Below, piece after piece: positions 10,371 to 23,236 of a stretch of 64,000 nt of DNA. The translations under genes were made by a program, and so were the position numbers. The notes below the pieces were generated by a model. It made no database searches and was not told the origin of the DNA. It saw nothing but the letters and a program-made list of their open reading frames with translations. The stretch covers positions 330,936-394,935 of the forward strand of contig NW_005434601.1 of the NCBI RefSeq assembly GCF_000315625.1. Direction: 5' to 3'. Positions within the stretch are counted from its first letter, which is position 1; each line of letters begins with the position of its first letter. The DNA is from Guillardia theta CCMP2712. Its lineage: Eukaryota > Protista > Cryptophyta.

Positions 10371-13248
10371 GATTTACCCGCATAATGTAGAAAGTGCCTC
10401 AAGCAGAAGAAAAAGCAACAAGCAAAACCTTCACGCACACAACGCACAGCGATATAAAAGCTGCGCAAACACACAAAACACAAGGCCGAAAGTAACCAGC
10501 ACTGCTGGCAACCAGACCCTGCACTGACGCATGAAGCCACGTAGACAAGCAGGGAGGGGCAAGCAACAAGCAAATGGGACGCCCTCATACACGATATCCG
10601 GAGGCAGCCGACTGACCGAGGTACCCTCCCATCCTCATGGCCGCAAGACTCAGTAAGGCCGACATCCACATCCCTGGAATCCGCGATCGAGGGTCTGAGC
10701 AGTACGAGGGCTTATAAGGCGTTTACGTCCCCTGCTGTGCCGGTCACTAGTATCATGGTGCTTGTTGCTTGCCCCTCCCTGCTTGTCTACGTGGCTTCAT
10801 GCGTCAGTGCAGGGTCTGGTTGCCAGCAGTGCTGGTTACTTTCGGTCTTGTGTTTTGTGTGTTTGAGCCGCGTTTGTTGCTGTGTGCTCTATGCCTGACG
10901 GTTTTGCTTGTTGCTGCTTTCTTCTGCTTGAGGACCGTGAGAGTTTTACTCGCTTGAGGCACTTTTTACCTGATGCGAGTAAAACTGAGAACCAGCACTC
11001 CTGGCAACCTCATTTTCCTGAGCGACTCCAGAGAGTTTACTCGCATCAGGTAAAGTGCCTCAAGCAGAACAAAGCAGGAACAACTTAGTAAACCAGGAGG
11101 TATAGGTTTTACTGGCAGAAGGTAAAAGGACCTGCATGCACACAGCGCACAGCGAGAAGCTGCACGAACACACACAACAAAACAAGACCACAAGGAACCA
11201 GCACGGCTGGCAACTGTCAGCAGACCCGGCACCGCCAGCCCACGCGCGAAGCCGCGCAGACAAGCAGGGAGGGTCAAGCAACAGTCGCTAGGAGGGGTAA
11301 CAAGCAGCAGGAGCATGGGGACGTCCGAGATGAAACCCCCTTAGACGCCGCCCGATACCCGGAGCTATCATCAGCGGCGGGACCTGAGCCACTCTCCGAT
11401 GCGAGTCTCGAGCAACTACCCCCTCAAGGCCTTCCCGCACCGCTATGCTCAGATGCTCGACTGCTATCTCCATGGCATGCCGATCTGCCAGTGTCCGACG
11501 CAATGTGATGGATGTCAGCGCGAGCTCGATCCCTCCGTTGCTGCGCATCATCTGCAGACCTGCAAACGCCGATCCTCCAAGCTTCCCACGGCGCAAGGCT
11601 GGGCACAGGAGCACGGTACCGCTCGAGGTGACGCATCCAGTCCTCCACACTAGCCTCCGAGTCAGCGGTAGCCGAGACCAACACCGCCCGTGACGGAGGC
11701 GACGCCGCATCAATGCCCAGGGACCGGGGCTGTGCGGCATCGGAGGCAGGCGAGCTCGGACCAGCAGCACGGCGGCTGCCCTTTCTCCGTCCGCGACCGC
11801 CAGCTTTGTGGCTTGCGTCTGAGGGATTTTATTTCTCCTGCATGCTCCTGCTGCTTGTTGCTTGATTGCTTGACCCTTCGGCTGCTTGTCTGCGCGGCTT
11901 CGCGCTTGGGCTGGCGCTGCCGGGTCTGGGTGCCAGCAGTGCTGGTTCTTTTCGGGCTTGTGTTTTGTGTGTGATTGTGCAGCTTCTCGCTGTGCGCTGT
12001 GTGCCTGGAGGTTTAGCTTGTTCCTGCTTTGTTTTGCTTGAGGAGAGAAGATTTACTGGTGGTAAAAAGTGCCTCAAGCAAAACAAAGCAGGAACAAGCC
12101 ACAAAGAGGCACTTTTTACCTTCTGCCAGTAAATCCGTCCAGTCCCCACTTGGTTAGGTCAGCAGAGCTACCAATATAGGGGTGGACCAACGTCATGTCC
12201 GCCATCAAGCTCTCGTACTGCTCGGACCGTCGATCGCGGATTCCAGGGATGTGGATATCGCCCTTCAGCTTGCGGCCATGAGGATGGGAGGGTACCTGCC
12301 TTCGAGAGGTGTCGAGCTCTCCGGAGGCATCCGACGTCACAGTGAGCGCGTCGGGGCCACTCTGGATGTTTGGTTGAGTTTTTCCAGCACAAGGTAAAAA
12401 GTGCCTCAAGCAGAAGAAAGCAGCAACAAGCAGAACCGTTCAGTGGGCAGGCATAGAGCACACAGCAACAAACGCGGCTCAAACACACGAAACACAAGAA
12501 ACGAGACCCTACACTGCCAGCCCATGCTTGAGGCACTTTTTACCTTCTGCCAGTAAATCCTATATACGCGGGAAGCCACGTAGACAAGCAGAGAGGGGCA
12601 AGCAATAACGCCCTCATACACGATACCCGGCGGAGGCAGCCGACTGACAGCTGTTAGTCGACGCGTCTGCCAGGACGGAGAAAGCGTAGGAGGTGTGCAT
12701 GAGGGTCTTGCTTGTTCCTGCTTTCTTCTGCTTGAGGCGCTTTCTACCTTTTGCGAGTAAAACTCTACTAGTGTCCGAGGTAATGTGATGGTTGTCAGCG
12801 CGAACTTGATGCTTCTGTTGCCGCGCACATGTTGGTGCCAGGAGGGAAGGTAAACTTTCGACTCGCGAGGTTGAATCTCAAGCTTCACATCAGCCAACAT
12901 GTACTTCTTGACATAGCTGAGGTAGCTGCAACGGAGTGCTGGTTGTGCGTGTAGGTCTTGATTTTCCCTAGTTTACCAGAGAAGACGGATTTACTGGCAG
13001 AAGGTAAAAAGTGCCTCAAGCAAAACAAAGCAGTAACAAGCTGAACCTGCTTGCACACAGCGCACAGCGAGAAGCTGCACAAACACACACAAAACACAAG
13101 CCCGAAAAGAACCAGCACTGCTGGCAACCGTCAGCAGACCCGGCATCGCCAGCCCAAGCGCGAAGCCGCGCAGACAAGCAGCCGAAGGGTCAAGCAATCA
13201 AGCAACAAGCAGCAGGAGCATGCATTTACCTGCTTGAGACACTTTCTA
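10371..13248. mobile_element. Nested cluster of degenerate retroelement fragments (RLE/CRE-like non-LTR) with about 11 copies of a shared terminus in both orientations
   Basis: Repeated terminus G(A/T)TTTACT(G/C)GCAxAAGGTAAAAAGTGCCTCAAGCA plus a ~200-bp arm. Coding relics: CDGCQRELDPSVAAHHLQTC (CCHC knuckle, 11490-11565 +, second copy 12771-12828), GRKLKGDIHIPG...ADMTLVHP (RLE-like, 12140-12300 -, second copy 10620-10712 +), LADVKLEIQPRESKVY (RT C-terminal-like, 12830-12900 -). Confidence 0.75.
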
Positions 13249-13361
13249 AATTAAGCTCTTCTCTTCTTTCATTTTTGTAAGCTCTGCTCTTCTTTCATTT
13301 CTGTCAGCTCTTCTCTTCTGCTTGGCGTTGACTGCTCGCAGTGATGAGGTCACCACACGTT

Positions 13362-16300
13362 TTATTTTCCTTCATCCTCAATCTCCTCACCACTACTCAC
13401 AGTCTCACTGTCTTCTCCGCTACTTGTCATGGCAGAACTTGTCTCTTCCTGCAGCTCCTCCAGGTCCTTCCGCGGCTCCTCCAGGTCCTTCCGCGGCTCC
13501 TCCAGGTCTTGTTTCTGCGGCTCGTCCTCTTTCATCTCCTCACCTTCGACCTTCACCTCCTCCTGCTCCTCTTCCACCAGGTTTCCTTTCTTTGGCTCCT
13601 GCATCACCTTTAGATCTTCCAATTTCAGCTCCTCCTGCTCCTTCTCCTTCTCCTGCTGCCTCTTCAGCTTCTGCTCCTTCTCTTTCTCCTGATCCTTCTC
13701 CAGCTCCTGCTCCTGCTCTTGTTTGAGATGTTGTTCCTGATCCTTCTCCTCCTTCAGCTCCTGCTGATGTGCCTGCTGCCCCTCAAGGTCTTTTTCCTTG
13801 AGCTCCTCATCGTTCAAGTCTGTTTGCTTCAGCTTCTTCCCGGCTTCCTCCTCCTTCAGGGCCTCTGGTTGCCTTTGCTTCTGCTCTTCAGCAGCTTCCG
13901 ACTTTACAAGTTTGCGCAGCGGAAGCAAGGAGGAGGAGGAGGAGGAGGAGGCTTCTTCCTTGCCGTAGACAGCCGCAGGTTCTTTCGCTTGCATCGCTCG
14001 CATGGACAGCACGAGCGACTGTCCAAGTTTCGTCGCCTTGTCGCGGATGGAGATGATCTGATCGGTCGCCAGAATCGCCAGGCGGTTGAGAGCTGCGAGC
14101 TCGTGGGCAGCGAAGGCTCCTTCCTCCTCCTTGCGGATGCACACGAGGACCCCGAAGAGCGGCAGCTCAACCCCTCGGCTCTGACCTCCTCCTCCTCCTG
14201 CTCCTCCTGACTTCCACAACGGTGTTCCGCAACAGTGCTTGCGCACGACTCCGTCCCGTCCTCCTCCCTCTCCCTCCTCCACGTCCTCTGCCAGGAAGCT
14301 GCCGGAGTCATTCATGGCCTGCAGCACGAGGATGGCGACGCGATGCTTCAGGCGGTAGCTCGGGGAGGAGGTCTGGGCGACATGTCCAGCTGCGCTCACC
14401 TCCTCCTTGATGTGCCTCCCCTCCTCGTCCACCGCAAACAGCGACACCTGCTCGGCTCCAACGGCCTCGCTTGCGATGGCGCAGGTGACCTTGAAGAGGT
14501 CGAGGGAGGAGCGGCACCGGCTGATCTTCTCAGCTCGTCGGAACAGCAGCAGGTCCTTCTGGACCGTCTGATTCGCCTCCCCGTGCGCCTCCGCGTTCTT
14601 CATCGCTCGAGCCGCTTGAGTGGCGAGCAGGGTCAACGAGCTGGACTCCACTCCCTGCGCCGCCTCCTCCCTGCACCTCATGCGGATCAGCCCGCGGCTC
14701 TCCCGCTTCTCCTCCTGTTCCCCGTGTCGGATGGGCAGGTTGAGGTAGCAGACGGAGGCGTCAGAGGCCAAGGAGGAGACGCTGAGCTTGCTCTGCCTCG
14801 CAGCAAGAAGAATCTCCTCCTCCTTACAGACCCGCCAGCTTTTTCCCTCCTCCTTGAACTTTACGCAGGGCTCCTTCCCGCCCTCTTGCTTCCCTGCAAG
14901 CACGAGAGCCTCCGGCTGCTCTGGCGAGCACGTCCAGACTTCGATCTCGCTTGCCATCTGCCCCGCCCATGCCCAGCTGGCCGCCAGCAAGTTCTTGAGC
15001 ACGTCGGTGAGCTCCAGGCTGTCGCTGATGCGGCAGAGAGCCTGCAGGAGTCTCCCCCTCCCGCTATGCATGTCCTCCTTCTCCATCACCAGCGCCGCGA
15101 CCTCCGCCAGCTCCTGCACCAGCCGCTCGTCCTCCTCATCGAAGCTCCTTCCGTCCACCTTGTTCGTCAGCTGGATGACTCCGTGCGGCAGCCCCGTGCG
15201 GCCCGAGGAGCAGGCGAGGATGGGCATGCACAGCATGTCCCTCGGCCGGCAGCGACTCGATCGCTGGTCGACCATCTGGAGGAAGCGAGGATGCGACGAG
15301 GCCTCCGTGACCCTCACGGACGCGCGGGAGGAGACGGCGAGGCCGACGAGGCCATCACAAGGGAGGAGAAGCTCGAGCTCCTTCCCGTCGCCCGTCCGCT
15401 CAAGGTCGTGCCATGCAAGTCGCTCTCCTCCCTCCCTCACGCTGTAGATGTCCACACGCACAGCCTGCGCGAGCCTCTTGCCGGCCGACTGCAGGACACT
15501 CCTCATCTCTCCTGCACTCGAGCACGCGACCACCTGCTGCACGAACTCCTGCAGCTCTCTGCTCCTCCTCAGCCTCGCCGCCTCCTCTGCCGCTCGCCTC
15601 CTCTCGTCATCTCGCTCAGCGATGGCTTTGCTGCAGGTGACAGCAGCTGCGAGGAGGTGAGAGATGCGACGCTCCTCGTCCTCCTCGAGTCTCCGCCTGC
15701 CCTGCCACTGCACGAGGAGAAGAGCCTGCAGCCTCCCCTGCTCCTGATGCGGCGCGAGGAAGTAAGCAGACGCCCCCCCACCCTTGGACGCGTTCGATCC
15801 CATCAAGCCGCTGAGCCAGAGCGAGTGAGCGGCCACCTCCTGCTTAAGCCAGAGCCCTACGCGACTCTTCTCCTCCTCCCTCCCTTTCTTCTTCCCTCGC
15901 TTGCTCGCAGCCTCGCGCTTGCTGGCCTCCTCCGCGTCGCTGTCGAAGAGGAAGGGAGGGACATGGATGGTCACTTCCTTCAGCGCTCCGCTCTCGTCCT
16001 TCTCCACCAGCGTCCTCAGCAGCAATTTCGATCCAGGAGCCTCCTCCAGCAGCAGCAGCCCTCCTGACACGCACTCCAACACGGCTCCAGCTCTAGCTCG
16101 CACGAGCTGGAGCAGGTCGCGTCTGTCACGGAGGAGGAGCATGTCGGAGCAGCAGGAGGTGAGGGCCTCCTGCGCTTTGAGCTTCTTCTGCGCCTCCTCG
16201 CGCCCTCTCACCGTCGCCATCGCCATCGCCAACTTCCTCCCCGCCACCGCCACCACCTTCGCGTCCACGTCGTCGAACCCGCGGAAGATTGCCTCCTTCT

Positions 16301-19177
16301 TGTTGACCATGACGAGAACTCCCAGCAGTCCTGCTGCTGCTGCTGCTGTTCTTCCCCCTCCTCTTCCTCCTCCTGCATTTTCAGCTCCTCCTGGGCAAAT
16401 CACGGGGACGCAAAGAGAGTTGCGGACGTGGCGCCACCAGGGGAAGGCGGAGGGGAGGGAGGAAGAGAGCGCGAGGGGGCTTGCAAGATGATCTGCGACG
16501 CGGATGGTCTTGCGGAGGAGGGCGGAGGAGGAGAGCGGGTAGAGGCTGTCTTCACTGATCGACGGAGAGGTCCACGACTCCCCGGGCAGGCCCATAACCT
16601 TGAGCGAGCTTGTCGGCTCCTCCAACAGGAAGAAACATCCCGAAGAAGCTCTAGAGGCTCGCATGGCTTGCTGCTCATACGTCACTTCGCTCCTTCCCCC
16701 CCTTGTTTCCCTGCTCCCCTCCTCCTCTTCTCACCTCCAGCGTCACTCTCACGCAGACCTCAAGCGAGGAGGAGGCGAGGAGCTCCAAGTCCATGGCCTC
16801 ACAGTCACGGAGGGCAGCGAAAGCCTGCGCATGTCCTGGAGGAGGATGAGGAGGGGGAGGAAGGGACGCGAGTTACCAAGAGCATGAGCGAAGGTCAGAG
16901 AGAGAGAGGAGAGCGAGTGCTGGTCTTGCTCGTCGAAAGGTCCCCCAACCTTGTTGATCACCTGCTCCCTGCTCTCAGCCCGTCCAACATCTCTCCTCTC
17001 CCTGCTCCTTCTTCTCCTCCCTCATTTCTTCTTCTCCTCCTCCCTCATTTCTTCTTCTCCTCCTCCCTCACTTCTTCTCCTCCTCCTCCCTCACTTCTTC
17101 TTCTCCCCCTACACTTGCTCACCCTTTTCTCCTCACTGCAATACATCACTACTTTCCCCTCCCCTCCCTCTGCTCCACCGCTGACTTCTTCCTCCTCTCC
17201 TCCTCTCCTCCACCTGCAGCAGTCCTCGAACCACCGGCTCCTCGCCCTCAGCATCTCTGCTCAAGCGCGAGGTGAGGGCGAGAGATGATGAAAGAGGGCG
17301 GAGCAAGAACGAGGTAGGGAAGGATGCTTGTGGAGGAGGAGGAAGAGGAGGAGCAGGGGAAGCTAAAGGACAAGACAGAGAGAGAAGAGGTCACTTGTCA
17401 ACTATGGGCAGGCAGATGAGATTCGGGCAGTTCTGCTCCTCCTGCTCGCGCGGTCGCATACGCCATGAGGCCGGGAAGCCAAGCTGAGGGGGGAGAAGCG
17501 ACGAGCCTCGTCCACGTCCTCTCGCTCCCTGCTGCTTCCTCTCCTTGCTTGAGTTGCGGCCTGAAAAATAGTGAAACAGAATGAGGACGGCACGAGAGGC
17601 GAGGTTGGAAGAAGAAAGAGGGGAAGATGGAGAGAAGAATACGAGGAGAAGAGGAGAGGAGGAGAGGAGGAGAGGAGCAGCAAACCTTGGCAGTAGTTGG
17701 CGTAGGATGTGAATCGAGCGTCGTTTCGGAGGTCATGAACAACAAGAACCTGAATCCAGCTCAGGAGGATGAGGAGTTCAAACAAAGAAGAGGGGGAGGA
17801 GGGAGGAGGGAGGAGGGAGGAGGGAGGAGGGAGGAGGGAGGAGGGAGGAGGGAGGAGGGAGGAGGGAGGAGGGAGGAGGGAGGAGAAGGTTTTGGTAGAC
17901 TATGATGTTGATGCATTTGAAGGCAAACGAGAAGCGAGAATGTCCAAAAACGAGGAAGAAAGGAAAGATGACCAGGTTAAAATGGGAGCAACGGGAGAGA
18001 AGGAGTAGAGGTAGGACGGAGGAGTAGAGGTAGGACGGAGGAGTAGAGGTAGGACGGAGGAGTAGAAGTAGGACGGAGGAGTTTTTCACTTGTCTGGTCT
18101 TCACGCATGTCGCCATGGCTGGTTCAAGAGATCCACTCCTCTCTGTCAACTCTTCGCTCCTCTCCTCATCGCAGAAAACAGAAGCGAGTCCTCCCTCACT
18201 GCAGCCTCTCATTGGCCCCGTCCTCCTCCTCCTCCTCCTCCTCCTCCTCCTCCTCCTCCTCCTCTCTTCCTCCTTCTCCTCTCTTCCTCGTCCCTCCCTC
18301 CCTCTTCCTTCTCCTCTCGCTGTTGCCTCCTCTCTTTACCTGCTCAACAACAAGACTCGAGCAGCTTCGGCGCCAACCAGCTGCGTCGCCATCTTCGCGG
18401 CAAGCTGACAGAGGACGGGGATGCTGGAGGCAGGCAGGCGAAGCACAAAGATGAGACGGAAGGAGAGGAGGGAGAGGAGGACAAGCACTCACCGAAGTTC
18501 TCCTGTCAGCTCTCGCGCAGCATGCTTGACTGCAGTAGCAAGAGCAGCAGCCTACATGCTGAGCTCAGCCACCCGGGAAGTGAGGGAGAGGAGGAGGAGA
18601 GAGACCTCATGTGCCTTACGGGAGCGGAGGAGGGAGAGGAGGACGAGGCTGAAGGTCTGGAAGGATGTAAGGAAGGCAAGAAGAAGCAGCAGTTGCCTCG
18701 CTGAAGTCGCTGACGTAGTTCTGCTCCTCCTCACTGAAGGGATACTGCCTCTCCACATCATTCCTCTCCTCCTTCCCCAAACTTTCACCTCCTCGTCTCT
18801 CGTCAGCGAGACTACGCCGACCAAACGTTCAGGAGGCTGCCGAGTCTGCTGATTTCCTTTCTCCCTCTCGTCGTTCTCGTCCTCGTCCTCGTCCTCGTCC
18901 TGCTCCCTGTCCAGAATTGTCTTGGGGTCCTGCAGGTTGTGAGTTGAGGAGGACGAGGCTCGCCGACTCAACCGGAGCAAGAAGAGGAACATAGAGAGCT
19001 GTAAACGAGCTCGATGACGACTGACTCTGACATGCAAGTGAGGAGGAGGAAGAGGTGGAGGCCAAGAACCTTGATCTTCGGGATGTAGCGACGGCGAGTT
19101 TGACAAGCCTAAAATCACATGAGAGGGTAGCGGGTTCCTTAGGAAGGGTAGGAGTCTTGAAGAAGAATAAAAGATAA

Positions 19178-19211
<34 letters not shown>

Positions 19212-20746
19212 GGAGAGGGAGAGGGAGAGGAAGGGAGGGAGGGAGAGAGAGAGGGAGAGAGGGAGAGGGAGAGAGAGAGAGAGAGAGAGTGAGTGAGTGA
19301 GTGAATGAGGCAGGGAGGAAAACGTTTGTGTACTTGCAGCACGAAGGGGTCGGGGATGAAACTCTTGCCATCTTTTGTTTTCCTCCTGCTCGTCGCGTCA
19401 TTCCTCATCGGCTGCCCAGCTGCTCACCAGCTGGTAGGCTTGCTCAAATCGCCCGAGTGAGAAGAGGAGAGAGCAGCACGAGGAGTGAGGAGATGGAAAG
19501 CGACGTGAGTTGAGATGCTGCGATACTCTCCGAGCTTCTTGTGCTCCTCCTTCCTCTCCAGTGCGATAGTGAGAGACCTGAAGTAGATTAGCCTCTCCCC
19601 CCTCTCTCCCCCCTCCCCCTCTAGCTCTTCTCTTGCCTGGCTGCGATGTCGACGGCTTCGTCAATGCTGGAGCAGGACAAGCCGACCCAGCGGTTGAGGA
19701 AGAGGCTGATCAGGAGGGTGACTAGGGGACCGAAGGAAGGAGAAGGAGCTAGGGTAGAGGAGGCTACCGCTTGTCTGCAAGATGTCCGAGTAGCGACTCA
19801 TCCTTGGGTTGACCATGCTTGCTTCCCACTTCAGGTATGACGTGCGCGTCTACTTCTCCTCCCCCCCCTCCTCTTTCCTGCTCTTGATCTAGTCCTGTCT
19901 GAGTCAGAGAGCAGTTTACAGCAAGCTCGATCTACCTGGACGCGCCCGAGCAGCTCTAGGTGCGACCATCTCGCCGCTGTTCCTGTGTTGCTGGCGCTGG
20001 GCGAGAAGGCGAGGGTCTCTGCCGTAGAGCTGCTGGAGCTGCTCGAGCCTGTCGAGCTGCTCGTAGCGTGCAGGAGTATGAAGAAATCTCGCGGTCTTAG
20101 CTCGAGGACTCGCCTCGTATTCGAACCCCCGAGGGTTGAGAGGAAGAGGCAGAGAGAAGGAAAGAGCGAGAGGTGATGCGTCAAGCCCGTCATGAGCGAA
20201 GCGAGACGAGGAGAGAGTTGAGCTTGACATCGACTTGGAGGCGTCGAATCTTGTGCTCCCAGAGACATTGATCTCAGCTCTGAGCTGAGGCAGAGCACTG
20301 CTACCTGACAAGCCTACCTCCTCCCCTCCCCTCCCCTCTTCTCTCCTAGCTCCCCTCCATTCTGCTCTTCCTCCTCGCCATCTCTCTCTGCCCTTCGCTT
20401 CGCCTCTCGCTCTTCTCTTCTCTTCCTCTGCCTCCTCCCTCCCGCTCATCCTTGTCGCTTCCAGCAGCTCGTTGAAATCTTCTCGCTGCATTCTCAACGG
20501 CTGCAGCTGCTGACCCCACCTCCTCGTCACTACTCGAAAACCCTTCACGATGCTGTCAAAACAGACTAAACCAGACACTGATCTAAACCCACGAGAACGG
20601 CAGTGAGCTAACTAAACCCTCGGTAAGGAGGGCGAGGGAGGATGGAGCGATCACTGTCAGTCTGTTGGTCTCTGTCCCGGTAGTTGAGATGCGGCACCTG
20701 GTTTAGGGGTTAGGGGTTAGGGTTTAGGGTGGGGTTGCAGTTCATC
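13362..20746 (-). CDS. Very large multi-GAF-domain protein with an acidic/basic coiled-coil tail
   Basis: The 1107-aa ORF has PDE-type GAF motifs (LCVPV...GVLVMVNK...FDDVD; LCMPI...GVIQLTNKVDGRSFDEEDE). Further spliceable minus exons run up to ~20.7 kb; the 5' boundary is uncertain. Confidence 0.7.
17795..17886. repeat. Purine-only GGAGGGAGGA-type tandem repeat (intronic)
   Basis: Directly visible. Confidence 0.85.
20701..20729 (+). repeat. Short degenerate telomere-like repeat (TTTAGGG/TTAGGGG)
   Basis: gtttaggggttaggggttagggtttaggg. Confidence 0.6.
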
Positions 20747-20839
20747 TCCGAGCTCCGCCGGTCCGAAGACAAGTCTATCGCACAAGCAAGCGAGAAAGAA
20801 GACCGTTAGGATCTTTAATCTTATCTCGCCGCTTCTTAG

Positions 20840-22677
<1,838 letters not shown>

Positions 22678-23236
22678 GGTTGAGATTCCTGAGGAGAAGG
22701 TATCATGTTATCAAGAAATGACGAAATGTTGAAACCCATCCACGCGTCATTGAACTTGTAACGAGTTCTCTTCACTGCTAGCACAGCAGTGCCATGTGGT
22801 CATACTCTCTAGATAGCTGCTTCTGCTTACCCCAAAGGCTCTTCCTGCGTTTCGTGGTCTTCGCTCTGCTTGCTATCATCTTCATCAAATGAAACACGTG
22901 TGAAATCCTCTTCTCTCACAGTCTTTCTGTCTCTTCCTCCCTCTTCTCCTCTTCTCCTCCCTCTCTCCTCTCTTCCCTCTTCTCCTCTCCTCCTCCTCCT
23001 CTCCCTCATTCTCTCTCTTCCCTTCCCTGCACGCGTGTGCATGCCGCGCCGCTGTCCCTGCACAAGACGTGAGGAGCGATATGAGATGCTCCCCTTCTCG
23101 ACTTAGAGTCTCACTTAGAGAATCGAATACCTTCATACCCCCCTCTTCCTCCACCCCGGTTCTACATCATCCCCCTCATACCAATGATCATCCCCCTCAC
23201 ACCCATACCCTCATCCCCCTGGCCACTGCCCTTGCC

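Noticed and set aside
10960-10990. Hammerhead ribozyme core (CTGATG...AAA)
   Set aside because: It lacks the CUGANGA and GAAA consensus; the hairpin is explained by the paired termini
10371-13248. CRISPR-like repeat-spacer array
   Set aside because: Repeats vary in length and orientation, the spacers are pieces of the same retroelement, there are no cas genes, and the context is eukaryotic
14235-17288. Long plus-strand ORFs (610 aa, 286 aa and others)
   Set aside because: Antisense shadows of the GC-rich GAF gene with no domain signal; the same applies to shadows over the GT64, cyclase, TMEM41 and HAD genes
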